DNA of 64,000 bases from Selaginella moellendorffii. Its lineage: Eukaryota; Plantae; Lycopodiophyta. Numbering within the stretch: position 1 is the first letter of the stretch; each line of letters opens with the position of its first letter. Where the stretch lies: assembly GCF_000143415.4 (NCBI RefSeq), contig NW_003314326.1, forward strand, positions 687,827 to 751,826, in the 5' to 3' direction. The position numbers and the translations under genes are program-made. Positions 37,493-51,400 of the stretch are shown here, in pieces. The notes beneath the pieces are model-generated. The model searched no databases and had not been told where the DNA came from. It saw nothing but the letters and a program-made list of their open reading frames with translations.

Positions 37493-40400
37493 CTATTCAA
37501 CTCAATTGTCTTAACCTTAAAAAGTCAGCATCCCTTTTAAGTTGCATCATACAAATTAGATGTTTTAGCTTCTACTTAGAAAGTAGATCTACCAATTGTG
37601 GAATATACTAGAATATGTGATGATTAGAAATTTTTAGTTTATGCCAAGAAATTAAAATTACCGAGGATATATTTTTTGTATAATAGTCCTATATTTAGGC
37701 ATTTGGAATATCAAAAAGTGACAAAGTGCTGGAAAAATTTCAACACCAATTGTATTAGTATCAGTTGTGCCAAGATATCTTGGAGTATTGATGAAGAGGT
37801 AAATGTTTCATCATACGTATTCTCTCAGGCGAAGCAAAAAGAAGGAAGCTTAGATGGAATGGAGTTACGCTTAAGCTAAGGCATCACTCGACCTAAGCAA
37901 CACTCGACATAGGTAAATGTGAAGCAGTTAGAAATGATTACAAAAATCATATAGTACATAAGTAACACTTAGACGTGCTAGAAAATAACCCCCATTCACT
38001 GTTATATGCATTTGTATTGAATTACCCATTTTTTCTCCCGCCTATTACTATTTGTGTAAAGTAGAGTTGAGAAAGTGGCACATACTTATCATTACTCACG
38101 CATTTGGGGTTTAAGGTTAAATTCTTCTATTCTATTATCTTCTCTTCTTTTTCTTCTCCACTCGATGTTTTTGTCTCTCTTTGTTTGTCACCAAACAATT
38201 GTTAATATTGAGTAATCGTGTAAATTATATTGTGTAAATTATATTATGTTTTACAACTCATGTTTATATAAAACCATCTTATGTGTAGAAGTGCAATATT
38301 TTTATCAACTAAATGGTTGTGTTCCTTGTTCTACTCTAATAGTTGTAGGAGTAAAATTTTTCTGCTGCTTAAGAAAGCCAACACAACTCCAAAAATACTA
38401 GACAAGCATTGGATAACACTTCAAATCTAACATTGTCTATAAAGGTGATTATGTTTAGGAACCTTGTAGAAATAAATAAATAATTTGATTTGTATTATTG
38501 ATTTTCTAGCTCTAAAGCTTCGTTTTTTGTAAGTGTTGAATTTGCTAATAACATCTTCCATTACAATTAGAGAGTGATTTGCCAAAATATCTCAAATTAT
38601 TGACAAAGAGAACATCGTTATCTTATGGATGGTATTTCCAAGGCTCATGGTAAATATACTATTGTGGTTGAATGGTCTTTTCAGAAAAATTTCCAAGACT
38701 ACCTTAATTAACTAATTTACAATTGGTCCAATCTTATCTATAGTGTAGGAGGATGAAAACTTCTCTTAAAATTAGTTGGGTTAGGAGGATGCTTGTGTAA
38801 TCAAAAGGCATCTGATGTGGTGCTAAGATTTTGCATCTTGTGTCAATTTCAGGGGTGATTTAGGATTTCTATAATAGTATACAAGCAATATACAAACCAA
38901 CACTTAAACAATGTTATGTTCAAGTTGAAAACAACTTATCAATACAATTTTCTTGAGAAAAATATTTGAATTTATTATTGGATTTGCCCTAAGAATATTT
39001 TTGTGATACCAACAAAACAAACTTCACCTAATAGGAAAAGTTAGATGAAAATAGTTATTTTCGTGGTCTGGATTGAAAACAGCAAAATATTGATTGGTGC
39101 CTAAAAGGAGAAAAATGTAACACTTATTGAACGTAGAATTGTATATGCTCTAGCTTGAGGAGATTTCAGTTCTATAGCTACTACATAGATATACTCTGTA
39201 TATCTATGTAGTTGTATTTAAAACTGGTTCAAAAGTCACTTTCTTGTAATTTCTGTGTCTACCTTCTTGAAATCTATTCTTCCATTTTCACTGTGCTTGA
39301 AAAAACAATCTCATAGTAGTGATCTTCATATTTTTTTGGAGTTAGTGTTTCAATATAGTTGGTTATAGTTTTTTTTGTTTCCCTCATATCATTTGGTATG
39401 ATCTTTATATTCCCTTTGTGTATAATTGTAAATGGTTTCTTGTAGTCACGTGTAACCATTACTTTATCTTATTGCAAATTGTCTCTTGCAGCCCATGTTT
39501 ATTTACATATGATGTATTACTATGAAACTCCTTTATAAAAGTGCTCCAAGGATAAATGTTCAATCAAAGCTACAAGTGCTTGCTTACAATGTAACTTACT
39601 TTAATTACATCTTTTATGCATTTTTGCTTGGTTAAAGGACTTTAGAATGTCATGCAACCAGTTTTTTCTAATAAGTATAGATATTCCCACTGAGTAGACT
39701 TGTAAGTATGCACAAATTTCATTCATTTTATAGAATATTCAATAGAATGTTTCTTGTGAGAAAAAATTATAATTCTCATTTTGCTGGGCTATTCCTATTT
39801 TATTCAATATTGACTTAACTAAGTGGCAAATGAGAGAAATCTTCAATGACACCAAAAGAATCTTGTTAAAAAGGACCACTTAGGAATAATTAAAAATTCT
39901 TATTAAAGTCACAATACATCAACAACTTATAGCCAATTGATACCTAAAATGATATCATACATGGAATAAAAAAGTGCCCCACTTGTTAAAGATACACATG
40001 CCATATATAATATCTATAGTGTCAACTTTTAATTAGTAAAAACCACTTGCAAAAGTTGAATATAAAAGTTGTAATGCTAGATTTTGAATAACAAAATGCT
40101 GAATAGAGCAGATTATTAAGCCTCAATCCACTAAGTTTTTACTTTTGTGTTATTAACAACACTATAGAAAATGAATATACTTATACTCCATCAACTCCAT
40201 GTTATATCTTGTGAAAGAAAATAAATGAAAGAAAACATGAGGACTCTTGATATCTATGAACTTTAAAAAGAGAAACATAAGAATATTCTTTAGTTTCATA
40301 ATAGTATACTTTGGGATTGTGTAGGTGATTGGTAGAAGTCACAACACTATATCCCCATCTATGATATTCTTGACATTATGGACAATGATTGCCACACTTT

Positions 40401-43400
40401 ATTACAATGTACCCTTAATTTTGAAAATCAAAATATCAAAATCCCCTACCATGCCCTCAATTTTTTTATTTATATCCCCAAACACAAACTTGTTTAGTAT
40501 GTAACCAGTCACTTTTTTCTAAAACACTCATTGCAAATTCATAGTGTTTATAGGTCATTAACATACATAAGAATGATATTTGGTTTTTGTTCTAAACTAT
40601 GAAACTTATCTACTTTTTTTAAAGATAAATTATTTTATTTTTAATTATTAATAATTATTATTGAATAAATATATTTTTAAAATATTATTTTAAAATTTCA
40701 CGTTAAAGTTATCAAATTATATGATAAATATTTAATTACCACTTTAATATATAAACTAAACCACACAATAACTACTTTAGAAAACCAGTTTTCAATAGTG
40801 ATTTCTCCATATTCATAACCCCTTGGTGTTTTATGTAGTTTTTCCAGAAAAACCTCATTTTCATAATAATATAAACCACTTAATAACTAATAAATCTGCA
40901 ATAGTTTTCACCTAATAAAATATCTTATAAAATAGTAGCATATAAAACCATATAAAAATCAGTTTAGTAATAAATCCATAAATTTAGCTATATTAAATAC
41001 CACTTTATTTTACTAGACTACATATCAACCCATATCAGATTTTGAAAACCACTTTTTGAGCTATAAACTACTATTCAAACCACATAAAATGGTAAACTAC
41101 ATCTTTTCAGTTCTTGTGTCTGATGCCACAAATTCTACATGAAATAGATATAGTTAAACCTAACCATATGAAATTAATTTCATCTTCTTTACTGTCAAAA
41201 AATCTGGTTTAGAGATTTAAAATTCAAGCCATTCAAATAAAAACATTGGTACAACTTTAGGAAATTAGCTAGAGATATTTGCTTTCTATAAGTAAACTTT
41301 AGTGATTCAGGTTATTTTGGTTCAAGAAGCTTCAATATGGCTCTTAGACGTTACTAAAAGGAGTTAACTTATGATCCCCAAATACAAAAATGCTGGAGAA
41401 AGTTTTGGAATGTCAAGTTTAGAGCAGATGTGGGGGATAGGATGAAAGGCTAGGTATTTGCAAGAGATGGACTGACCGTCCAGCCCTGGCCCGAGCCTGG
41501 GCTGGCCTCCCCTTGCTGATAACCATGTCTTTTATTGGGTCATATGATGAGAAGCTCCTCACCAAAATGCACTCAAACATTTTGGAAGTAGGGATCAACT
41601 TCAGTGTCTACCTTCTCATTAAGAATTGTTAAATTTTACTGAGATCTCCTCATCCCACAAAATTAGCATTTCCACATCCAGCAATTCCACCAAAATTAGG
41701 ATCACCATAGCTTCCAAAATTTACACCCCATCATCCAATCATTCTTTAACGGCCATCACTTCCATATCTTAGTAAAAATCCAAAAAGTTTCCTCTGATTA
41801 GATGATGGGGAATGTATGTAACCCTTTGTTCAGCAGTCTAGAGATTATTCTGATATATTTTTTAAAAACTTTAGGATATACCTAGAATTATCTATATTAG
41901 TGTTTAGAATATGGGAAAAGAATACAGAAAATGTGCATATCAATTAGCCCAAAAACCCTAGTTTATATAATAGTCTGGATTGAAACCAATCTAACGGCTA
42001 CCAAAATCCCACTACGCTAATATTAGTATACGGCATTGTAACTGTACACTTAGCCCTCACAATACTATATTAATAATAAAATAATAATATTGCATTGGAT
42101 ATATTTAAGATAATTCCACCTATTAGACATTTTGATTCAAAACATATTTTGGCATCACATATTCAGATTTACTTATGGAAGATGCTTTGGATCAAACGGC
42201 CTAAATCCGTGGTGTTGTTTAGAAAATGGGAAGCCTTAGATTCTGAATTTTCCAGGAATGCCTGGATGTGTTCGGATGCATAGAGCACTCGCCATGATCT
42301 TGGAGGAATAAGTCTGTTCGGGCATGGAAAACAAATCAATGTCACTTTCTCACAGTTATTTGTGTCAGAGCGAGGCACTGTGTTGATCGAGTTTGCAAAA
42401 TTCCAGGATAGTTTTATAACACCGAGAGTTCCTCTTTTAGGGTCGGCATGTGGTCTTCTATGTGGGTATCAACTCCATGCATTTTATGCCAAGCTACGTC
42501 TCCTCTCCTCAAGCACAAAACAAAAATGTAGGATTCTTACCTCTGATGGACAATAACTTTAGATCCTCGGCCAGTTCTTATCTTGTTTTTATGTTATTTC
42601 GGAAGAACAAAAGGAATTTGTGAAAGAAACCAAGTTGCAGTGGGGCAAGATTAGAATTCAGAAATATTCCAGCGAGCGAAGGCGCAGTACCATGATGAAC
42701 AAGGAGAACTGGAGACAAATGTGGGATTCCTTTCAGCAAATCTCATTGTAAATCCAACTTGCAGTGTAGATTTCGCGCATGCTTCAGCTACTTGATAAGA
42801 AATTGTGCCTATGCTGTGCCCCATGTCTCCAGATTCCTTTCCTGGGCAAATGCCAAAACCAAGACGTTTCACACTATTGCATTTTTTCAGGGGCATCTTG
42901 CTGGAAAACTGAGCTTCCAAAACTCCTTGGATCAGCTGCTGCTCCGTATGGGCCAATTAAAGAACCAAAACTGGAGAAAAGAAAACACTTCCAGCCACCA
43001 GGGTCCATAGCTTTGCAAAAGTTGTCACGGATGCAAAACCGGTTGCCAAATCCATCTGAAACACAACCATTGTCTCAAGATGCCACCGCAGGTGGTTTGT
43101 CGAGGCAGGGCCAGTTGCTAGTGTGATATTCTGTCCAGGCCCCTGGTCATTAGCCGCAAGGATTAGAGCACATCCATGGTTAAAGAAAAAGAAACAACTT
43201 GATAGCAAACCGTCTAAGCATCCATAAGCTAGGAGTCGCTCTGGATGTTGGGGCGTTTCTATGGCCTCACCAGCCCCCGAGGAACGTGTTCTCTCCTCCA
43301 GGAGATGAACTTGGATGGATCCAGCCGACCCGACAGCTTCGTCTTCCCTCGTCCCTGCGCTGCCTTGCAAGATCGAGCTCCCCACGACCGGAGGACTGCT

Positions 43401-44599
43401 CCAGTGGGACACACTGGCCTCGCCGATGCGAGAGAGTGTTGGGTGTTGCCTCTTTGTGCTCAAGCAGCGCCTCAAAACGTTTGTTCCCAGTTTTTGCATA
43501 AGCTAAGGTCCTCGGTGGCTGGGAGCTTTTTTTTTTTTTCTTTTTTGTAATTTTTTTTTTTGTTTCTTTGATTTGAACTTTGCACCTTTCCATTATGGGG
43601 GCAGGCTCTTCACCACTCAAGGCCTTAGCTTGACATGACCCCACCAAAATATGATCAAACCAGCCATGCCTCCCACAACCGTTAACCTGGGCTGATTTCT
43701 CTTGGTCGGTCAAACATGTGTTTCTTGTGCTTTTCTTTCGCAGACTCTCTCGATTTCCATGCTGATGAGTCTTAATGTCGCCAATTTTGCCATTCTCCGC
43801 GTCAATCGTTCCAGGCAGCCCATAGATGCCCCGATTAAGCTGTGCTGCTTTTCCTTCACTTTGGGCCTGGTCATTTTTTCTTATTCAAGAGCTCAGTGGT
43901 TTATAGTCTTGTGTAGTTTTGGAGAGTCGACTGCTCGCTTGCTTGAGCCGAGCAACGACTTCCATAGACGTTTCTGGATTTGAAAGAAAGGTAGAGAGTG
44001 TGGAGTGAGTGAGTAAGTAAGATCACAGCATTCCACCTGAAGCTACCCCACTCTGGGATCCATTCCAGCAACGAGTGCGGATTTCACGCTTTTCTTACCC
44101 GCTTAAAGAGCATCATGCCCGTGCTGTGGCATTTTCTGAAATGAATGCCTGCTTTCCTCTCCTCAGCAAATGCTGCAGTCTCTCACCCATCTCGGGATTA
44201 TGGACGAAGCCAAGAGCTACTTCTCAATCTCTGGCATTGTTAGCATTTCATTCCAGATCCACGTTCCATGAGAAACTTCCTTCTTTGCAAAGTTCGCCCC
44301 ACATCCAGCTCACATTGCAGTTGTGAAATGAACACTGGCACTACTCTAGATTCCCTCCCCGGGCTGTGGGGCATCTACCTTGACGGTTCAAGTGCCAGAT
44401 AGGTCCTTCATTTGGATGGTTTCATGTTCCAGGAAAAGTTGTCCTGCAAGAATAGGGTCCTTGTTCCTATAGTTGGCAAGGAATCTAGGAGGTGATGAAA
44501 AGGTCACCAACAAAGAAAGTACCTCCTAAAAATATAAGGAGACTAAGTCTGTTATTGGAGTGTCATCAGTGGAAGAGGTGGTCATCAAAAGAAAACAAA

Positions 44600-45040
44600 A
44601 GCAAACTAAATACATAAACCAAAAGTGTTGGGATATAAAGTTTTAACCTGGGGATAAGGTGTGGCTAAATACTGGATCAACCAAAAATTGACCCAAAGGT
44701 AAAATGCATATATTTTTAGAAATGAACTAATTTTGAGTTCTTTAAGCAGGTTCGCGAGGCCTTATGAGATTAAGGCTCGAATTAATAAGATGGCTTACCA
44801 CCTCCAACTTCCTTGGGAGATGGGGAAGATGCACTTTGTGTTCCACGTGAACTTAGTCAAGCCGTATTTTAAGGATCTCCTTCGCAAGAACCAAGTAAAA
44901 CCTTTAGCTGAGGTTATCCAAAAGGAAGAGGAATACGAAGTCGAAGCTATCTTCAATGCATGCAAGAGCAAGTGATAAGGACGCAAGGTGAAGGAGTTCC
45001 ATATGAAGTGGAAAGGATTTCCACACTGTAAAGCAACATG
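44600..45040 (+). mobile_element. Decayed family A integrase C-terminus and chromodomain fragment
   Basis: RPYEIKARINKMAYHLQLP...EEEYEVEAI; retains the GPY-motif intron at 44699-44749. Confidence 0.85.
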
Positions 45041-45049
45041 AGGTTTGTT

Positions 45050-46580
45050 TCAAACAAGAAAGAGGGGTTTTGGCGAGCTCGAGGACGATGACGATCTTTT
45101 TCCCTCAAAGAAGGTACTACATTTTCTTTCTCTCTCCTCTGGTTTAGAAACTTGCAAATGTGAAGGAAAAGCTCACAAAAGGAATCGTGTATCTTGCGTG
45201 TAGATTTATGGATCAGCAGTGGCCGCGGGAAGTGATCACGCGACTACTACCATACTCAATCTTCGCGGCAGGTAATCTTTCTATCACGTATAGCTTCCAA
45301 ACTTGCGCTTCTTTCTCATGTAGTTTAGAAGAGCGTGATGGGACCATTGCATCACTAAAGGTATATTGCAAAGCAGCACAAGCTCTTTGATACAGTTCAT
45401 CGCTTAGCTTCCTTTGGCTTTTGGCAGGCTGACCTTGCCACTGCCAATGGAGAGCTAGACAAATGGAGGAATTTGTTTCAAAGTGGAGAGTCAGTTCTAC
45501 CAGAAAACTCAACTTCAGGTCTATCAACTTACCTTGTGTTTGCTTACTGTTCTGATATGTATGTTGTTGTTAGATCCTCGGCTGATCTTGGATCATATAA
45601 AATCTCTCCAAGCATCCCAAGCTCGTGTGAAAGACCAGGTTCACAAGTTTGGCGTTGCGAGTTGTGCATTTTCCTTGTTCTTTTTGTTTCTGATCGAGTC
45701 TTCTTTGTCGTTTCACAGCTCGCATCATCCAGGCGCAAGGAAACTGCCATGCTGATCCATTTGTCAAACAAGGAACAAGAAATTGCAGAGATGAAGGCAA
45801 GTCTTTCTTCAATGTTTCTTTTTTTTTTTATGTTTTTTATTTTGTTATAAACGCAATGGCACTTTAGACTGTCGTTCACGATTTGAAGCTTTCGTTGAGG
45901 CCTCCAACGCTTCAGGTACTCGTGTATTTTCCAGGCTAGCTAGTGATCTTACAACTTTGTTTGGTCGCAGTCTCGTCGTCTTTTGCTGGATCCTGCTATA
46001 CATGTAGAATTTACACGTATGAAGGTTAGTCTTTTCCAGACAATGGTAACACTGTCTGAGGTTGTGACTTCAAAGTCTAGAAGGAGCTGGAAATTGCGAA
46101 AAAGAAGGCCAAAGAGCTGACTGACGATCTCGCCGCTGTCCAGTTCACTCCGCACAGTAAAAACGGCAAAATGCTCATGGCAAAGTGTCGTACGCTGCAA
46201 GAGGAAAACGAAGAAATAGGGAGGGAGGCTTCGGAGGGCAAGGTTCGTGTCTTTCCGGTATCTTGGACTTGTTTCAAGCAGAACGTTACAGATACATGAT
46301 CTGGAAACAAGGCTGGCTGTTCAAAAGTCGTTGAGCTCTGAATTGAAACGTGGTTATCAAGGTTTGTAATCGCACAACGAATCTCCTGAGCGTTCTAAAG
46401 GTTTAAAATGTTGCGCCAGAGCTGTTTCGGTACGTCCGTGATCTCAATGAAGAGACGGAGAGGATGCAGCAAATGGTACAAGCTGGGAGGTTTATTTTCA
46501 AAGCTTTGACATGTTTGTATTGGACACAGGTGCGTATACTCCAGAATCAAGTGGAGCAAAAGGACTGGCAAACGGTTTAG
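45050..46580 (+). pseudogene. FIP37: FIP37/WTAP (m6A writer complex subunit) homolog; intron-containing, 5'-truncated and decayed
   Basis: Exons RKRGFGELEDDDDLF, DPRLILDHIKSLQ, SRRLLLDPAIHVEFTRMK, LAAVQFTPHSKNGKMLMAKCRTLQEENEEIGREASEGK and IHDLETRLAVQKS; no in-frame ATG before the retroelement fragment; early frameshift. Confidence 0.88.
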
Positions 46581-47160
46581 GTTCCGAGCGAGCTCGCCAC
46601 CTCGGTTTGATATCCGAAACGATACAACTCCCACAAATGATGCACTTTGAAACTTCCACTTTCCCTCACTGTCCGTAGAAACCACGTCCTTTAGTAGGTT
46701 GTAAGAATTCCATAGTCCAACTTCATTGTCGAGCATGTAGTTCTCAATTTGCTCCACAGAATTCTTGACGGAGTAGAGATTCACCAGATGTGCACTTTCT
46801 TTACTTGTCTGCTGGGCTGCCTCCGGGTCGGTGTTCCCTGGTTCGAATCAGGTTCTAGATGAACATTGGTTTTCGCATCTATACAACAAAATCTCGAAAT
46901 ATGCTGTGCCATGAACGCATTGTAATTAATTATTCGGGAAGGAAATATCCATCCATATTTGGCATAGGAGGTGTATCTACAATCACATTTCTTCCAGATA
47001 GCAGCAGCTGCGAAGCGCATCGACCTGCGAAAATTGATCAAACGAGCCAGGAGATTGAAGCACCTCTAGAAGGCACCACTTCAAAGACAATGAAAACTCT
47101 TGCTTTCTTCGACATTGCAAATCACCTCTTAGGTGAGCTAGTAACGACGAGAGCAAGAGA
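46580..47160 (-). other. Unidentified coding-like gene fragment abutting the FIP37 3' end
   Basis: Open frame FEPGNTDPEAAQQTSKESAHLVNLYSVKNSVEQIENYMLDNEVGLWNSYNLLKDVV...; family not recognised. Confidence 0.35.
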
Positions 47161-47182
47161 ATGAGACGATTGTCTTGCTCTT

Positions 47183-48134
47183 TTCATGATCATCTTCTTT
47201 GATGACATCTCAGTTCACAGCAAAGACACCAAGGAACAATTATTGCACCTGGAACAAGTCTCAACTGCCTTAAAGAATTCTCACTAGTGGCCAAGCTGTC
47301 AAAGTGGGTATTCATGCAAATAGAGGTGGAGTATTTAAGTTTCCACATTTCAATGGGCCTCCTTCATCTTGATCTTGCAAAGCTAAGTGTGGTGGAGAAT
47401 TGGCCAACACTAACCTCCTTAAAGTAGCTACATGCATTCCTTGGCCTTTGCAACTACTTGCAGAAGTTTATTGAGCACTATGCTGCCATTGCTGCTCCAT
47501 TAACAAATATCTTACACACGTCATCATTCATTGGGAAGAGGTTATCAACAAATGTTCTCTACTAAACAAAATGATCCTGGTGGCTCCAATTCTTCAACTC
47601 CCAGACTTCTCAAAGACATTCATCATTGAAACTAATGCTTCAGATGTTGGGACAACGGCTGTACTCAAACAAGAGCAAAGAATCATCACCTTCAAGAGCT
47701 ATCATTTCAGTCCCCATGAGGTAAGTCTCCCTGCTTACAAATAGAAAATGCTGGTGGTGATGCATGTTGTGGAGGCAGAATTACTTGCTACTTTTGTGAT
47801 TCATGCTCTAGAGAGATCACTATAGCATCAAGTTCCTGCTGGAACAACCACAGCTGAATAAGAAGTAGAGAGGGTGGATAGAGAAACTTCAAGTGCTTGA
47901 CTTCACTATTGAATTCAAGCCGGGGAAGACAAATACCTTGCCAGATGCATTATCCAGGATGTTTGAGAAGCCGGCATCACAAGTCTCAATGGGAGTATCT
48001 AGACGGACACCAAACTTCCTAGCCAGAGTGGCAAAGGGATACAGAAATGACATGGTGCTTCACTTAGCTCTTATAGTCCACTATTTAGTCATATCTTGAG
48101 TTTCTATTCAAGGATGGCCTTCTTTGAAGGAAAG
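47183..48134 (+). mobile_element. Decayed Gypsy RT/RNase H fragment ('family G')
   Basis: IIFFDDI, LGLCNY, PDFSKTFIIETNASDVG and LDFTIEFKPGKTNTLPDALSR motifs. Confidence 0.85.
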
Positions 48135-48490
48135 TGTGAGACATAAATCCCAAAGCCCCAAAAGTGGAGCAAAAAGGGTTCCATGTGGTAGTGGCCAAAG
48201 CGAAAGCCAAACGAGAGTAATGCGTTTGGATTAAAACCTCTGACTTGAAAATTCGAGAACTTTCAACAAAGGAGACTAGGACCGAGACCGGGACCAAGAC
48301 TGAGACTGAGACCGGGACTGAAACTGGGACCGAGACTAAGTCTGAGTCCGAGTCTGAGTCCAAGTTTGAGTCCGAGTCTAAGTCCAAGTCTGAGTCTGAA
48401 TATTAATACAGTGAAAGCCCAAAGTGATTGTCCCCTAGAGGGGGGGTTATAGGGGGTTCCAAAAGTATAATAGGGAGAGTGTGGGGGTTG
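48135..48490 (+). mobile_element. 5' part of a family D LTR, interrupted by the family A insertion
   Basis: tgtgagacataaatccc start and hexamer array; breaks at gtgggggttg|tgtaagg. Confidence 0.75.
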
Positions 48491-51400
48491 TGTAAGGAAC
48501 CAACTCCCTGAGGTGTTGTAGGCTAAGGGATCCCTGAAAGCATGACCGAAATGACAAAGAGTTCATCGGATGGGACCGAGTCTGAGATCGAGTCCAAGAC
48601 CGACTCTGAGACCGAGTTCGAGATAGAGTCCGAAATCGAGCCCGAGGCCGATTCGGAGACCGAGTTTAAGACTGAGTTCAAGACTGAGTTTGAGACAGAG
48701 TCCGAGATCCGAGATCGGGTCCGAGGTTGAGTCTGAAGTTGAGTCCAAGATCGGGTCCGAGATCGCATCCGAGATCGAGTCCGAAATCAAATCCGAAGTC
48801 GGGTCCGAGACCGAGTCCGAGTACTAATACAGGTCAAGGGGTGAAAGCCCAAAGCGTGCATCTCCCGGGGGGGGCAGGGGGGGGGGGGGGGGGGCTGTAG
48901 GGGGTTCCAAAAGTATAGTAGGGATAGGGAGGTCCAAGAACCAGTCTTGAAAGAACTCTCTAGTGGTGCTTCTAAACTGACTTGAGGTTGAGACTGGGGC
49001 CAAGGGGCCTTGGGTGGGAGTGAGCATGGACTCGGGTGGTGCCGGAGGGGCCACCCAAGGAAGTGCTCAAGAGCAGCTCCCACTCCCGAAAGGGAAACCG
49101 ACTGCAGTGCTCCCGGTTCATGTGGAGTGGTGCCCCACTTGAGTACCTTGTGGCTCATTGGTCCTCGCCCTTCCTAGGGGCACTTAGCTAAAGCCAAGGC
49201 AGTGTTAGTCAGATAGACGAGGTAAGCTGGAAAATTGGAAAGGAAAAATTGGTGGCTTACAATTTGGTATCAGAGCCTTTTCCTCAGTTCTAGCGAAGGA
49301 TAAAGGCGGATTGCTGAGAGATGGCAAAGGCAGGGTGTAAACGAACCAAGGCGGAGACAGAGCTGGAGCCTCTAGTCGAACAAGAGGCTATGGATAAGGA
49401 ATCCTTGCATGAGGAGGACTCTAGCGAGAAAACTTCCAAACAGGAGTCCGGTGGCGAGGTTCGGTCATCCAAGACTCGATTGGACATTCTAGAAGGATAA
49501 TTGGCACAGACCAATGCCCTGCTGGAGACTCTCATACGCAAGCTAAAGCGTGATGAGAAGCGGAAGAAAAAGAGAAAGACTGCGGATGCTGGCAGCGCAA
49601 AAGTTGCAGACCCTTCGGTAGGAACGGAGGCAGAACCAAACAAGGTCGAACAGACCGAAGTGGAATCAGTCCCTCAGGAAGTTCCCAAGTACAAACCAAA
49701 GCCCCCACCGGTCTTCAAAGGAGTGAACGACTATAAGGTGGTGGAGGATTGGTTTTATAATATGGAGGACTACTTTCGAGCGTTGCGGTTACCGAGCTCA
49801 GAGAAAGTCCCATATGCAAAACCATACTTGGCAGATAATGCCAAGTCTTGGTGGAGAATGACAGAGGCCAACGAAGGACCGGTGGCCACTTGAGAAATGA
49901 TGAAGGTGAAGATCCACACGACTTACGTTCCTCTGAATGCTACTCTGCATCTAAGATATGAGCTGAGTAGGCTGAAGCAGACCGGAACCATTTAAGAGTA
50001 TGTGAATGGGTTTATGGCAAAGAGGATACTTGTCACGGACATGGGGGATATGGATGTGTTCCATGCCTTTATATCAGGCTTGCAAACCTGGGCTCGCGGT
50101 GAGGTGATGCGTTGGAACCCGACCAACTACAAGGAAGTGTTGGATGCGGCCATCAAGGTGTATTTCAACGATCACCTACGAAAGGGGAACACGATGGGGT
50201 CGGGGTCCATGTTTAGCAAAGGGGCCAACCAAAGGGGAATGTATAGCAAAGGGAAATTCAAAAAGAGTTTCTCTAAGAATGAGTCCTTGGGGTTCCGGTA
50301 AGGCAAATCCGGTGGCCAGCGAGCAAATATGTGGGGAAGTCAAGCAAAAAGAGACAAACCCACGGATAAGAAGGTCAAGTTAGGTAGTAACGTGGAAAAC
50401 AACGTATGCTACAACTGCAGTGAAGCATGACACTTTTCAAGGGAATGTTCCTACCCGAAGAAGGCCAAAGCCAATATGGCCATTTAGTCGGGTGAAATCC
50501 AAAATGAGGTATGTGATCCAGTCCCTAGCTCAAAGTTACTCATTACACGAGCAACTTTGGTAGAGAGTTGTTCGCGACATCTACTAGCCCTCCGAGGGAA
50601 ACTCGGAGGTAGCTTTGTTAAGATCTTTATTGACATCGGTGCTTTGGATAATATTGTGGCTGCAAACATAGTCTGGCAAGCCGGACTAACGGTGCAGCGG
50701 CTGGATGAATCAAGGACTATAGAGTTTGTTCAAGGTAGCCAAAACATCAATGTACTTCGACAAGCGAGAGTCGAAGTAGGGACATGGAAAGTATACATGG
50801 ATTTCACCGTATTGGACATGGCGGGATTTGACGTGATCTTCGGGATGAATTGGTTCAATCGGTTCATGGTAGCCCTGCATGGACAAGGTAGGAACCTTGT
50901 GGTACTAGCGAATGCCCAAGGAAGAAAATCCAGGGTGGAGGCCCAAGATCTAAAGATAGGGCAATGCAAGGCCAAAGATTCCTGTTTAAACTTGGTGTCC
51001 ACGAGAGGACAACTCACTAAAGGAATCAAGGTTGCATTTTTGTGCTTACTCTCGGCGAAGAGTGATAAAAAGACGGGAACGGAAGAAGTACCTTTAGTGA
51101 TCTAGTGGGTGTTGGACCAATTCTAGGATACCATACTAGAGGAGCTATTGGCAGGGTTGTCCCCCGCACGACCGATAAAACATAAGATTGAGCTGGTCGA
51201 GGGTGCTGAGGCGGTGGTTCGTCCCCTCTATCGTTTGGATGAAAAAGAACTCGAGGAGCTCAAGTGCCAACTAGAAGAGTTGGTGGACAAAGGGTATGTT
51301 AAGTTGAGCAAATCGCCGTATGGGGTGCCAGTGTTATTTGTGAAAAAGAAAGATGGATCTATACGCATGTGCATAGACTACCGGCTGCTCAACAAATATA

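Noticed and set aside
37500-42050. Long AT-rich region
   Set aside because: No convincing ORF, repeat structure or termini seen
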